Source of the DNA: a virus
Length of the DNA stretch: 64,000 nt
Direction: 5' to 3' (one strand)
IMG/VR virus record: IMGVR_UViG_3300027754_000042
Made by a program: the position numbers and the translations under genes. Shown piece by piece: positions 11,501 to 21,299 of the stretch. The notes below the pieces were generated by a model. It made no database searches, was not told the DNA's origin, and saw only the letters and a list, made by a program, of their open reading frames with translations. Position 1 is the stretch's first letter. Each line of letters starts with the position of its first letter.

Positions 11501-14500
11501 CATGCGCGATATCGGGACAATGCGTGATCGTATCGACCGCCTTGAGTACTACACATCTCTAAACTTGTTGGAAAAAAATTCTAAGGATCTATTAATTCCA
11601 GACGTAAATGGAAACGATAGATTTAAGAATGGTATTTTGGTTGATCCATTCAAAGGATATGCAATCGCAAATCCTTATGATAATGATTCAAAATGGACAG
11701 TTGATACCGAGAAGGGCGAGATGCGCCCATTATCATCGGTTCAGGAAGTTGTTCCGGTATATTCTGCAAATTCAGTAAATGTGGTACGCACTAACGTAAC
11801 ACCGGCTGGTGTGTCGCGTGACCAAACGATTACGATATCCGATTATGATGCGCGAGTAGCAACTATTGGGTCAACAGTAACATCTGGTGCAATTACAGGC
11901 GTCATTAGAAATGCTGTAGGTAATTTTGCAACAGATTCAACTAAAATATATCTAGAACAATGTACAGGCAACTTTACATCTGGTGGCACATGCTCACTTT
12001 ACATACCTACGCTAACACCTAATTTTAATATTACCGCGGTAGCTACCACAACTCCAGGTGATCTGGTAACACTACCATACACACATAAAATTTTGGTTGA
12101 GCAACCATGGGCTACCACAACTCGTAACTGCACTGGTACTGCATATAACTGGATGGGCACTCTTACGCTAACACCAGATAGCGATTACTGGTGCGATACG
12201 ACAACAAGACCAGACGTTAATATCAGTTTAGATATGAACACTGATAACTGGTTGTATATTGCTGGTGCATGGCCAACATCATACGATGCTTGGAAAACAA
12301 CATTTATTGGACAACCAGTATTATCAAGCCAGAGAGAAATTGATAACGGAACTATAAATGTTCCGCAGGCCGATGGTTCAACGAACATTGTCCAAAATTT
12401 CACTACAGAAAGCATCTTTACATCACCAACAATTGAAACACGTTCATATAATAAACTAAAAGCTTCTATTATTGAGAGTAAAGAAGTTGTAGGTAATTAT
12501 GTCAAAGATGTAAATGTGCAGCCATTCATGCGCTCGCGTATGATTCTTTTCAAAATTGATGGTATGAAGGCCAGCAGTCGTATATATGGATTCTTTGATG
12601 GTATTGATGTCAATGCATACATTACACCATTGACAGCAGCAGAATATGCGCGTGGTGGTAATGGTAAAGTGGGCGTTGGTATAGCATTATATACTCCACT
12701 AACATACGCTGAAGGTGCAGCACTAGTTACAAATAGCGACAGCATAGCATATGGTATTTTCCGTCTACCTAGTGATACTCGTTTGCGATTCCACACAGGC
12801 ACAAAGCGTATGCGTTTTGTTGACAATCCAACAAATAGCACAACATTTGGGCAATTTACAACATCGGCTGAAGCAGATTATTCTGCTGAAGGTTTGATGG
12901 CAGGTATTTCTGATCTAACCCTATCAACTAAGAAAGCTATTATTGCTCAGCAATTCTTGACGGAATCAAAAAATGCGGAGTTCAATTCTTCATCATTGGT
13001 TGGCGGGCAACGTGTCGTTGGTGTTATTTCAGCTCCAGCAGTTGATTCTGGAGACGCTGGAGACGGTGGTCCGGTGTGGACTTTAAATCCAGGTGATGGC
13101 GCTCCAGCGCCGCAGCAAGACGGCAATTGCGGATCAGCAAACGATCCTATCGCGCAGACAATGCTTATTTCAGCCTTGTTGACGAATCGCATACATTCTA
13201 GTGGAATGTATTTGACAAAAATTGACCTGTTCTTTGCAACCAAAGACGCAACTCTACCATTTACTTTTGAATTGCGTGAAGTTGACCCAGGAACTGGTTA
13301 CATCACATCTCGCGTTGTACCATTCTCTCGTGTTGTAATTCCTTCAGCCGATGTGAATATCAGCAGCGACGGTTCAGCTGCAACACCTATATATTTCCCA
13401 TCACCAGTTTATGTTGGTGAAGATAAAGAATATGCTATCGTCATCATTCCTGCTGCTGCAAACCCAAATTACAATGCGTTTACAGCGGTTCTTGGGCAAC
13501 CAGATTTGCGTTATGGAGTAAAAATTACTCAACAGCCAGCAGCTGGATTCTTGTTTACTTCTGCAAATCAAAGCACATGGGTACCGGTTGAAAATGAAGA
13601 TTTAAAGTTTGTTGCGTATCATGCAGTATTTGACACAACTGTATATGGAGACATCATTCTTAAAAATGAGTCACGTGATTATCTAACCGTTGCTAATACA
13701 ACAGGTGCATTCAATAGAATCGGTGAACCTGTGTTTGGTGAAGTCCATCTTGATGGTAAATTTACCAACACAGCTACCATCACTGTTGGTAATACGTCAT
13801 ACACAGGCACACACTTCGCGCATGGTCTAACTTCAAATGCTTACGGTACTATCACATACTGGAGCACAACAGGAATTCGTGTTCGTGGTGTTCCTACTGG
13901 CAGAATGTTTAAGGGTGGCGAAACGATTAAGATTCGCACAACTTCACCGACAACTGGAACTATCATTGGTGCAAATACAAGCGGTAGATTTAAGTCTGCA
14001 ACATATCCATCTGGGCGCGTAACTTATTACGATATCGTAAACTATGCAAATACCAAGCTGCATATTGCAAACACATCATATGCAAACAGTGGACCAGCTA
14101 ACAATCAAAATCGTATGTTTACAAGAAACATGACAATTGTTGGTCAAACAAATGGCTATAGTGCGCGTATTGTTTCAGTTGATAATTTGACTGCTGATAA
14201 AGTCAATTTGATTACCAATTTGATTCAGCCTTCAAATACGTCGGTATATGGTTATACTAAGTTTGCCACAAGCACAAGTGCGAGAGATACTGCATATGTT
14301 CGTGCGTTGCTGAATGATGATACGGCCTTTGATGCTCCTAGATATGTTTTGAGTCGTAGCAATGAATCAAACACTTCGTCATCATCTGCGTCTATGGCAG
14401 TCAATAAATCTGCTGAGATCATTTATAGATTAAATTCTAGAAATACTGTGGCTTCTCCAGCAATCGACTTGAGCCGTATCGCGGTTGTTACTACAAACAA

Positions 14501-15038
14501 TCTGATTAGTTCAAATGCTGAAATCGGATCATCTGAAGATTGGGTAAAATCTGGTGGTAATTCAAAGTCTCGCTATATCACTCGTCGCGTGTCACTAGCT
14601 GACGGACAAGATGCGGAAGACCTTCGTGTATATCTTTCTGGATATCAACCATCAGGCGCCCAGATTTTTGTCTATGCTAAGATTTTGAGTGGTGATGATA
14701 GTGATTTGTTCTCAGATACACGTTGGGTTCCAATGGAACGTGACGACTCGCAAGGATTTACTTTGACAACTGCATATTCAAGCAGTGTCAATAGAGATGA
14801 CTTTATTGAGTTTGTATATAATATTCCAGATTTCCCAACAACTGCAATTGCTGATACCAGTGGACGTGCAATAAATCAATACGGAGCAAATACGTCAACG
14901 GGCATCGTTGAATATCGCAATTCTGGAAAAGTTCGTTTCCAACGATTCAAGTATTTTGCGATTAAGGTGGTATTGGTTGGATCTAGTTCAAATCCACCAC
15001 GTGTTCGCGAACTTCGTGCGATTGCGCTACAGAGGTAA
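8514..15038 (+). CDS. Large virion structural protein, VrlC/DUF4815-like
   Basis: N-terminal PFYDDFDEAKNYHRILFRPG..VQARELTQMQTILQNQI; RYTMRDIG...DRIDRLEYYTSL; C-terminal PRVRELRAIAL; 2174 aa. Confidence 0.85.
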   Translation: MAGEANSVTLSTNFNVDPFYDDFDEAKNYHRILFRPGLAVQARELTQMQTILQNQIDRFAEHIFREGSTVNGFEMNYDVMYNYVRVRDRSSTGSAISPVDFVGKTIQGQTSGVTALVVNTNDGSEANTPHTKTLFIKYQSASGGTRYFGNNEILIATDGSGLTANTIVGTATYPAEGYGLAATFNSGIVYARDHFIRVPAQTLILDKYGRRPSVRVGFDITESIVTEVDDSTLLDPASGSYNYAAPGAARLKLEVSLKKLDLDAAISNTFVELMQVKDGIVQSISNRTQYSQIRDYMAQRTSDESGDYIVSGHSLSVKEHLKSGNNQGIYTAAEGGLSTKLCVIVAPGKSYVKGYDNQTIVSSRVNLKKATDTASVSDAKALVDYGNYLLVDNVVGKWNLDAQSLVNLKNDQSNAVSTLAYSTTWPTGGAKGTTIGTARVKGLEYYTGTPGAPDAVYKLYITDVKMTAPYTFPQVKGVAYSANTPGKADVRYASANTQDAATDISVFRLPTIATKTLRNTSGVINNDFTFYKTYSQTTDTSGVAAINTGDDNQTFDGGGSVLSQSGRRTDFHAVVTSAANTVAAGSVSITSGGNTVTGTAGSAFTTKINKGDVLHIGLAGDLIVSAVNSDTSLNVLGTAGATVVSGKYYKKFISGQVVDLGGYGGDGARTVTISSSPSRIATIDLNETFNTTGAPLSIIAKVNQIDGQEAAKSVIRSRLVQINVGMGGGTSYVANTTGPWSLGLSDGFKLVSVRKVTGGAPASFTTTTSGTNVTNDFVLDTGMRDNYYDHARLVKKSTSSLSLLNNDRLLVTLDHFTHSHSSGVGFFSINSYPVDDSLAGSDTSKIYTYEIPIFTSPTSGVSFDLRDSLDIRPRIADTANSVTALTGISKNPLTSTTFYNPTGCLKYSPTGEDFTTDADYYLKRTDTVAISKTGQIDIIHGAPAARPSAPAVPEDMMAIATIQLAPYPSLPNEIGRRINRADLTNVIRKIRNERYTMRDIGTMRDRIDRLEYYTSLNLLEKNSKDLLIPDVNGNDRFKNGILVDPFKGYAIANPYDNDSKWTVDTEKGEMRPLSSVQEVVPVYSANSVNVVRTNVTPAGVSRDQTITISDYDARVATIGSTVTSGAITGVIRNAVGNFATDSTKIYLEQCTGNFTSGGTCSLYIPTLTPNFNITAVATTTPGDLVTLPYTHKILVEQPWATTTRNCTGTAYNWMGTLTLTPDSDYWCDTTTRPDVNISLDMNTDNWLYIAGAWPTSYDAWKTTFIGQPVLSSQREIDNGTINVPQADGSTNIVQNFTTESIFTSPTIETRSYNKLKASIIESKEVVGNYVKDVNVQPFMRSRMILFKIDGMKASSRIYGFFDGIDVNAYITPLTAAEYARGGNGKVGVGIALYTPLTYAEGAALVTNSDSIAYGIFRLPSDTRLRFHTGTKRMRFVDNPTNSTTFGQFTTSAEADYSAEGLMAGISDLTLSTKKAIIAQQFLTESKNAEFNSSSLVGGQRVVGVISAPAVDSGDAGDGGPVWTLNPGDGAPAPQQDGNCGSANDPIAQTMLISALLTNRIHSSGMYLTKIDLFFATKDATLPFTFELREVDPGTGYITSRVVPFSRVVIPSADVNISSDGSAATPIYFPSPVYVGEDKEYAIVIIPAAANPNYNAFTAVLGQPDLRYGVKITQQPAAGFLFTSANQSTWVPVENEDLKFVAYHAVFDTTVYGDIILKNESRDYLTVANTTGAFNRIGEPVFGEVHLDGKFTNTATITVGNTSYTGTHFAHGLTSNAYGTITYWSTTGIRVRGVPTGRMFKGGETIKIRTTSPTTGTIIGANTSGRFKSATYPSGRVTYYDIVNYANTKLHIANTSYANSGPANNQNRMFTRNMTIVGQTNGYSARIVSVDNLTADKVNLITNLIQPSNTSVYGYTKFATSTSARDTAYVRALLNDDTAFDAPRYVLSRSNESNTSSSSASMAVNKSAEIIYRLNSRNTVASPAIDLSRIAVVTTNNLISSNAEIGSSEDWVKSGGNSKSRYITRRVSLADGQDAEDLRVYLSGYQPSGAQIFVYAKILSGDDSDLFSDTRWVPMERDDSQGFTLTTAYSSSVNRDDFIEFVYNIPDFPTTAIADTSGRAINQYGANTSTGIVEYRNSGKVRFQRFKYFAIKVVLVGSSSNPPRVRELRAIALQR

Positions 15039-15040
15039 AA

Positions 15041-15256
15041 ATGATAATAGCGAAGGTTAAAGATGCGCCTGGTTTGGTACGAGATATGTCAAACCAGGCG
15101 GTACTCAACACAGACATTTCTGCCCTGGAAGCTTATAAGCGCAAGAGAAATAAGCAACAGGAGATAGACGAGGTCATCTCGGATATAAATAATATGAAGT
15201 CTGATATAGATCAAATAAAATCGCTGATGCAGCGACTTTTAGACAAGATAGGATAA
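15041..15256 (+). CDS. Small coiled-coil protein of the type that follows VrlC-like genes in T4-like phages
   Basis: LVRD..NQAVLNTD N-terminus, heptad C-terminus, synteny. Confidence 0.7.
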   Translation: MIIAKVKDAPGLVRDMSNQAVLNTDISALEAYKRKRNKQQEIDEVISDINNMKSDIDQIKSLMQRLLDKIG

Positions 15257-15259
15257 TAG

Positions 15260-16369
15260 ATGGCTAAGATAGCTAACGTCGCCCTTACGGATACATTTAA
15301 CACGTGGAGAACACGAACCAACACTGTTTTGGATCGTGTAAGCCAGTTTGCTATCAATAACTCATCTCTGTATGCTAACACGCTGACATCCAACGTAGCG
15401 TTTACATCTAAAGGGCTTGCAACCTTCAACGGGCGAGCTACTGTAGGCACCAATCTTACCGTCTCTGGTAATACTACAATAACCGGTTTGACTACAATGA
15501 GTGGGCGTGCTACGGTAGGTACCAATCTAACGGTATCTGGCAACACGACTCTTGGCGGCGCAAGCAAAACTATAACAATGGGTGGTGCTGCATCTACCCT
15601 AACAATCGGTGGTGCTGGGCACACAACTAATACGTCTGGTTGGTTCGGTGTTGCGGGTCGTGCGACAGTTTCAACTAATCTGTTTGTTGGTGGTAATACT
15701 ATCATTGGTAGTGCAATTGGTGGTGGAACCAGCTCCAAGTTTTCTGTTGTTTCTGGTTCAACTTTCTTTGGTGTGGCACCATCAACATATGCTACCACAA
15801 TTTTAGGTCCTAGACCAGCAAACGATGGTTATGGAACGATAAATTATAATTGGAACGGGATTGCTTCTACCAGTTTCTGGTACTCGGATTGGGGATCAAG
15901 CACATGGACATTAAATCATTATAAGGCAGGTGTTGGTGTATCAGGAATTGAAGTTGCAAACAATGGCGCATTTACAGCAACAAAATCTGCTACAATTACC
16001 AAGAACCTCGTAGTTTCTGGTAATACTACACTAAACGGTACAATAAACGTAGCCAGCGCAAACATTCTTCAACAAACACTTGCTGATGGTGCTACAGTTA
16101 ACTGGAACGTAGCACTTGGGCAAATTGCAACTGTTACTCTTGGTGGTAACCGCACAATGGCTGCACCAACAAATCTAAAAGTAGGTACATATATTCTTCA
16201 TGTGTATCAAGACGGTACGGGTTCACGCACAATAACATGGAATGCCGTATTCAAGTGGACTGCTGCTACTGCTCCTCCATTGACTTCAGCAATCAATTCA
16301 CATGATGTTTTTTCGTTCGTTTCTGATGGTACAAATCTCTATGGTTCATTCATGCCGGATGTAAGATAA
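15260..16369 (+). CDS. Tail fibre protein
   Basis: TDTFNTWRTRTN anchor; repeated GRATVGTNLTVSGNTT shaft units; C-terminal TLADGATVNW...QDGTGSRTITW domain. Confidence 0.75.
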   Translation: MAKIANVALTDTFNTWRTRTNTVLDRVSQFAINNSSLYANTLTSNVAFTSKGLATFNGRATVGTNLTVSGNTTITGLTTMSGRATVGTNLTVSGNTTLGGASKTITMGGAASTLTIGGAGHTTNTSGWFGVAGRATVSTNLFVGGNTIIGSAIGGGTSSKFSVVSGSTFFGVAPSTYATTILGPRPANDGYGTINYNWNGIASTSFWYSDWGSSTWTLNHYKAGVGVSGIEVANNGAFTATKSATITKNLVVSGNTTLNGTINVASANILQQTLADGATVNWNVALGQIATVTLGGNRTMAAPTNLKVGTYILHVYQDGTGSRTITWNAVFKWTAATAPPLTSAINSHDVFSFVSDGTNLYGSFMPDVR

Positions 16370-16371
16370 AC

Positions 16372-17646
16372 ATGTTCACATTTCTAATGGCAAGACCAAC
16401 TAAGGTTGTTAATTTCAATAGCTCTACGAACAACGTGGATCTATATAATTCATCGAGTGCGCCTGCGTACCCGCTGAACTTGCTATGCTTTATCAATAGT
16501 AACATTGGGTCAACTTCTCCTTCAACTCCTGCATTCAAAACAGGAACAGGTTGGAAAGCTGGTACATTCCTTTATGTTAAAAATGCTGCTATTGTCACAG
16601 GTGGTACAGGAACTGCGGGCACACCGGGAAATACAGGTACTTCAGGCAACATAGGAACACCAGGCAACACGGGCGCAACGGGAGCGCCGGGCGCAGCAGG
16701 TAACGCAGGTGCAGCAGGAAATGTTGGATCAAACGGCGTTGGCGGTAACGGCGGGCAGGGCGCACCTTATAGCGGTATTAACTCAGGCGTGTCTGGTGGT
16801 GGTGGGTCTCCTGCACCTGCCGGTAACGCAGCTGGTGTACCTAATAATGGCGCAGCGGGCGGCACAGGTGTTACTGGTAATGCGGGCGGAACAGGTAATG
16901 CTGGTGGTCCTGGTGGTGCCGGCAATAACGGCGGCACAGGCGGTATTGCATTTCAAATTGATTCGGTCGCAGGACTAATAAGTGTTATCGAAAATACAAC
17001 CACATTTACTGGTGGCACCGGCGGAACATTGGGACCAGGGGGACCGGGAGGTCCAGGCGGACCCGGTGGTGTTGGTGGACCTGGTGGAGTTGGTGGACCA
17101 GGAGGTGCGGGGGGACCAGCAGCAACTGGTGGTGCAGGTGGAACTGGCGGCGGTGGCGGTGGTGGTGGTAGTCGTGCCGCACCAGGAGGAAAAGCAGACG
17201 CACCCACCGCAGGCGGTGGTGGTGGTGGCGGTGCAGGGTCTATCGGTGGAACTGGTGGTCCTACCGGCTCTTATCCTGGTTATAATTCAGGAGGTGCCGG
17301 TGGCACGGGAACTGCAAACGCTGGTGGCGCGGGCGGGGCATGGGGCGGCGCGGGTGGAGGATTGGGTTTAAGCGGTGGGGCGGGGGTCGGCGGCGGGACC
17401 TTCGCATCATCAAATAATGGATCGGGTGGCGCTGGAGGTAGTGCGGGTGCAGCAGGAACTAGTCGCCCAGCAGGCAATAACGGCGCTACCGGACCAACCG
17501 GGGCGGCGGGCGCAACGGGACCCACGGGCGCAACGGGACCGGCAGGTGCAGCGGGGTCAGCGGGCGCGCAGGGAAGCGCGGTACTTGGTAATGCGTATGT
17601 GACAAGTTGGATTAACACAGGAACAAGAAACGGACCAGTAGGATGA
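16372..17646 (+). CDS. Gly-rich gp38-like adhesin (receptor-recognition protein) with collagen-like G-X-Y runs
   Basis: N-terminal INSNIGSTSPSTPAF..G and C-terminal GSAVLGN..VTSWINTGTRNGPVG resemble T-even gp38; long GxxGxx and poly-Gly tracts; locally GC-rich. Confidence 0.65.
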   Translation: MFTFLMARPTKVVNFNSSTNNVDLYNSSSAPAYPLNLLCFINSNIGSTSPSTPAFKTGTGWKAGTFLYVKNAAIVTGGTGTAGTPGNTGTSGNIGTPGNTGATGAPGAAGNAGAAGNVGSNGVGGNGGQGAPYSGINSGVSGGGGSPAPAGNAAGVPNNGAAGGTGVTGNAGGTGNAGGPGGAGNNGGTGGIAFQIDSVAGLISVIENTTTFTGGTGGTLGPGGPGGPGGPGGVGGPGGVGGPGGAGGPAATGGAGGTGGGGGGGGSRAAPGGKADAPTAGGGGGGGAGSIGGTGGPTGSYPGYNSGGAGGTGTANAGGAGGAWGGAGGGLGLSGGAGVGGGTFASSNNGSGGAGGSAGAAGTSRPAGNNGATGPTGAAGATGPTGATGPAGAAGSAGAQGSAVLGNAYVTSWINTGTRNGPVG

Positions 17647-18080
17647 ACATTCATTACAAAATCATTGAAGTATGGCCTAATGACCATTTGTTCGTCGTTA
17701 GGTATTACACTGACAATCTGAACGAAGAAATGTTGATTTCAGCGAACGATTACAATCGTCGTGAAGATGGTTCGCCTATGCGCTGCCGTACAGACGTTGC
17801 GATTGATATGCCTATTCCTGCATTAGAAGGTAAAGAGCTAGAGAGTTTAATTCTATATAATTCTCCTATCTCATTTCTTCGTAAGATGGAAGATGTATTG
17901 AATCCTGATATTGATACATCAATGAGCGGTATTATTGATATGATTAATAAGCCAGTAACTAAAAGTACTACAGAACTTCTTGCTAAGAAGGCTGACGTAC
18001 TATCGGATGATGATATCAAGAACCTTATCGAGTCTCTATCGAAGGACAACTTTACCAACAAATCATCTAACTCAAAGTAA
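17643..18080 (+). CDS. Hypothetical protein, possibly a fibre-associated chaperone
   Basis: ATGA overlap with the adhesin gene; 145 aa. Confidence 0.55.
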   Translation: MNIHYKIIEVWPNDHLFVVRYYTDNLNEEMLISANDYNRREDGSPMRCRTDVAIDMPIPALEGKELESLILYNSPISFLRKMEDVLNPDIDTSMSGIIDMINKPVTKSTTELLAKKADVLSDDDIKNLIESLSKDNFTNKSSNSK

Positions 18081-18095
18081 AGGTGTGTACGTCTG

Positions 18096-19154
18096 ATGAT
18101 GTTTTATTATGACGATAAAAAGAACGTCTATCGTACACAGACTGACGCAATCAAGTCAGCCAAATTTTGTCATTTCTATTACCACGACGATGTTTTCAGT
18201 AAGGTCGATTGGAAAACAGAACCTACTGAAACGCTTGAACAGATATATCGCGAACGCGCACAACAAATTCGTGACCAATATGAGTATGTGATCCTTTGCT
18301 ATTCTGGTGGGTACGATTCGACAAACATTTTGGAATCGTTCTACTACAACAATATCCACATAGATGAGATATTGCTTGTTGGAGCATTCTCACAAGATTC
18401 TAGGTATGGCACCGATGAAAATCATAACGGTGATATATACCACAATGCTTTTCCAACTCTCAGAAGCATGAATTTGCCTAATACCAAAATCACTATAGCA
18501 GATTACACTGACCATTTTAATGATCCAAATAATTTCACACTTATCAAAAAGTATGGTAACGAGTGGACAAATCATATCGGTGGATTTAAAAGCGTTCACA
18601 ATCTATTTTGGTACGACCTCAAAAAATTTGTTGGTAAAAACAATAACAAGAACACATGCTATATCATGGGTTCTGATAAACCAGGTTATGAATTTGAAGA
18701 AAAAGCTATACGCTTTAACGATCTGTCGGTAAATGATTATGGTGCAAATTACCAAGACGAAAATTTCACACGAATCAATTTCTACAATGGTACCGATGAT
18801 GTGGTTATCAAGCTTATGGTAAAACAAGGGCATGTTGTTATGAAATTGGACGACATTTTTTACAAGATGTACGAAGAGCAAGAAAAGAATGCCCATCCAT
18901 TACTCAATCGAGAGCTTGCTTATTGGAATAAAACAAAACGCATAAATGAGATTATATACAATCTCAGAGCACCGATGAAATTTGAATCAACCAAGTCGAT
19001 GTATAATACACTCAGTGCCAGAGATATGTTCATGCTAAAGAGCCAAAATAGCGAGATGTATCGGATGTTCTTAGAAGGCATGAAAAACCTATCATCGTTT
19101 AGTCATATTTACAAAAAGTATTGCTTCTGGTCACAACCATACTATCTAACATGA
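18096..19154 (+). CDS. PP-loop (adenine nucleotide alpha-hydrolase-like) protein 1
   Basis: VILCYSGGYDS motif; clear paralog of 21289-22491. Confidence 0.7.
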   Translation: MMFYYDDKKNVYRTQTDAIKSAKFCHFYYHDDVFSKVDWKTEPTETLEQIYRERAQQIRDQYEYVILCYSGGYDSTNILESFYYNNIHIDEILLVGAFSQDSRYGTDENHNGDIYHNAFPTLRSMNLPNTKITIADYTDHFNDPNNFTLIKKYGNEWTNHIGGFKSVHNLFWYDLKKFVGKNNNKNTCYIMGSDKPGYEFEEKAIRFNDLSVNDYGANYQDENFTRINFYNGTDDVVIKLMVKQGHVVMKLDDIFYKMYEEQEKNAHPLLNRELAYWNKTKRINEIIYNLRAPMKFESTKSMYNTLSARDMFMLKSQNSEMYRMFLEGMKNLSSFSHIYKKYCFWSQPYYLT

Positions 19155-19618
19155 GCTACGTTCTTGTCTTTCTTCTGTGGACTTTCGTTGTCTATTGGGC
19201 GCATCGTGCGGCCCATGTGATTCCTGTTGTGCGTAAATTCCATATGGATCATCACGCGCAGGTAACCGACCAGACAATTCAAGGGTTAAACTGGAAGAAT
19301 GCGTTTCTCTTTTTTGATACCTGGGATAGCACCATAGATCAGTGGTTGACAGAAGTGATCCCAACGATTATAATATCTTTAATCACTGGGCATTGGTGGT
19401 TGCTCATTGCGTACTACATCTGGGCTGGTTTTATTCAGGAGGCCGTCGAACATAATAAACGCATCAATCTCTATCCATTCTTGACCAGTGGCAAATGGCA
19501 TCTAATTCATCACGAATACGCGACAAAGAATTATGGCGTATTCGTGCCTATTTGGGACTTAGTTTTTGGTACATGGAAAGGACTAGATGGCAACGGAAAA
19601 CAATTGGCTCCGAAGTAA
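19151..19618 (+). CDS. Fatty acid hydroxylase / sterol desaturase family membrane enzyme
   Basis: His boxes HRAAH, HMDHH, EHN, HLIHH plus NYG...WD..FGT; hydrophobic segments; ATG at 19151 overlaps the upstream stop. Confidence 0.85.
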   Translation: MSYVLVFLLWTFVVYWAHRAAHVIPVVRKFHMDHHAQVTDQTIQGLNWKNAFLFFDTWDSTIDQWLTEVIPTIIISLITGHWWLLIAYYIWAGFIQEAVEHNKRINLYPFLTSGKWHLIHHEYATKNYGVFVPIWDLVFGTWKGLDGNGKQLAPK

Positions 19619-20387
19619 TCTATCAGAAAGATTGCTCAATAACTCAACCGATTTTGTGGTACACCTAGAGACTAAACCATATAAGGTAATGAGTTTTGAC
19701 GATGCAGCCAATTATACGGCTGACATAATAGCCACTAAATCATCGAAGGTGTTTATCGGATTCAGCGGTGGTATGGATTCCGAGTTCGTGTTCAGACGTA
19801 TGATTGACCGTGGACATAATGTAATACCTGTCATAGTTAGTACGCCAATAAACAAATACGAATCTGCTTATGCTTTTCGTGTATGCAAACAATATGGTAT
19901 TGAACCTATTGTAATTGACAAAACGCCTACCGAATTGCTTACGATATTCGTTGATGATATTTTTAAAAAACTAAGTGGGTATGGACACAACTCTGCACCA
20001 GCGCTTATTGTGGGGCGATACGCAGAAGACCACGGCGGCATTATGATTATGAGCGAACATATCATTGACGACAATGATGGTAAAATGTATGTTGGTGCTA
20101 ATGAATGGGACTTCTATAATGACGTTTTAATTCATAACGATAACACGCACTATTTCTTCACATATACGCCAGAGCTATGTTGCGCTATGGTAAAAGAAAT
20201 TGCAGATGAGACAGTTCAAGATTTCAAATCGCGCATCTATAATATACCATGGAGACCAAAATTTTCATATGATTATGGGTCGGCGTATGATCTAGCATTT
20301 GTCCGTATTAGACAGCATAGACTACACACGCCAGACCCTAATCACAATTTTGGCACCAAAGAGCAGTTTTTATCATTGTTTGATTGA
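19587..20387 (+). CDS. PP-loop protein 2
   Basis: VFIGFSGGMDSE motif. Confidence 0.65.
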   Translation: MATENNWLRSNLSERLLNNSTDFVVHLETKPYKVMSFDDAANYTADIIATKSSKVFIGFSGGMDSEFVFRRMIDRGHNVIPVIVSTPINKYESAYAFRVCKQYGIEPIVIDKTPTELLTIFVDDIFKKLSGYGHNSAPALIVGRYAEDHGGIMIMSEHIIDDNDGKMYVGANEWDFYNDVLIHNDNTHYFFTYTPELCCAMVKEIADETVQDFKSRIYNIPWRPKFSYDYGSAYDLAFVRIRQHRLHTPDPNHNFGTKEQFLSLFD

Positions 20388-21299
20388 ATCTTCGTATTTC
20401 TTGACCAATTGTTTTTGTCTTGCAATTTCGGTTCGAAGAAACTGTTCGTTGTTATTACACTCAAATACCAATTTTAATTTGGCAATAACATCGCGAACGG
20501 CATCTGACGCGCAAGCTTCATGTACTGATTTTTTAATCTCGTCAATAAATTTAACATTGGCTTTGGGTGCGTATAGAAGCAATGAAGACGCATAGTTAAA
20601 ATCTTTGATGCCTAATTCAAGCCCAGTTGGCACGTTTGGGTATTGAGAATTCCTATTGGGCAATGAGATAGCCAACAATTTTAGACCAGGCGTGTCGATA
20701 GGATTTTGAACCGAGTAGTCTGCTTCACCCATAAGAATGCTCTTGGTTATTTCTCCAGGTGTTTTGTACTGAATCATTTTGACGTTGTTAATATCGTACT
20801 GTTTACGAAAGATTGCGTCGAGAAGCTTTGGTGAAACAGCTTGAACCGTGGCACCATTAAACACTTCCTTCTTTCCCTTCATATACTTAACGAATTGGTC
20901 TAATGAATCTACCTTCAAATCAGGAGAAACCATTATAGCGTTTGGTACCAAAGCAATAAGTTCAATCGGAACAAAATCAGCCTCACGATCAATTGTAGAA
21001 TTGTATATGATTGGATTGAGTGTGAAATTGGAAATTGTACCGGCTACAATAGTGTTTGCGCCTAATTTAGCTTCGGCTAATGCTTTACCATCAGCCGCTT
21101 CGCCACCAGAACCTGGAATAGTACCTAATCTAAAATCATATTTTTCATCAAGCTTTTTGTTCAACTCGGTAATGAGTGTCGCTGTAACAAAAGCTGTTGG
21201 GTCGTTAGCAGGAAATCTTGTGTATACGTTTATGCGCTCTTCGCCACATGCGCCAAATGCTGCGAGAGAAAAGCAAATCAATAGTAGTTTACGAAGCAT
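20373..21299 (-). CDS. Bug/TctC-like periplasmic solute-binding protein, divergent
   Basis: Signal peptide; IPGSGG, DFVPI, SLDQFV, YKT..EI...ILMGEAD and YPNVPT..ELG elements of the Bug family. Confidence 0.75.
   Translation of the reverse strand: MLRKLLLICFSLAAFGACGEERINVYTRFPANDPTAFVTATLITELNKKLDEKYDFRLGTIPGSGGEAADGKALAEAKLGANTIVAGTISNFTLNPIIYNSTIDREADFVPIELIALVPNAIMVSPDLKVDSLDQFVKYMKGKKEVFNGATVQAVSPKLLDAIFRKQYDINNVKMIQYKTPGEITKSILMGEADYSVQNPIDTPGLKLLAISLPNRNSQYPNVPTGLELGIKDFNYASSLLLYAPKANVKFIDEIKKSVHEACASDAVRDVIAKLKLVFECNNNEQFLRTEIARQKQLVKKYEDSIKQ

Noticed and set aside
16600-17687. Pro-rich ORFs on the minus strand and alternative frames
   Set aside because: By-products of Gly (GGN) codon runs in the adhesin gene.
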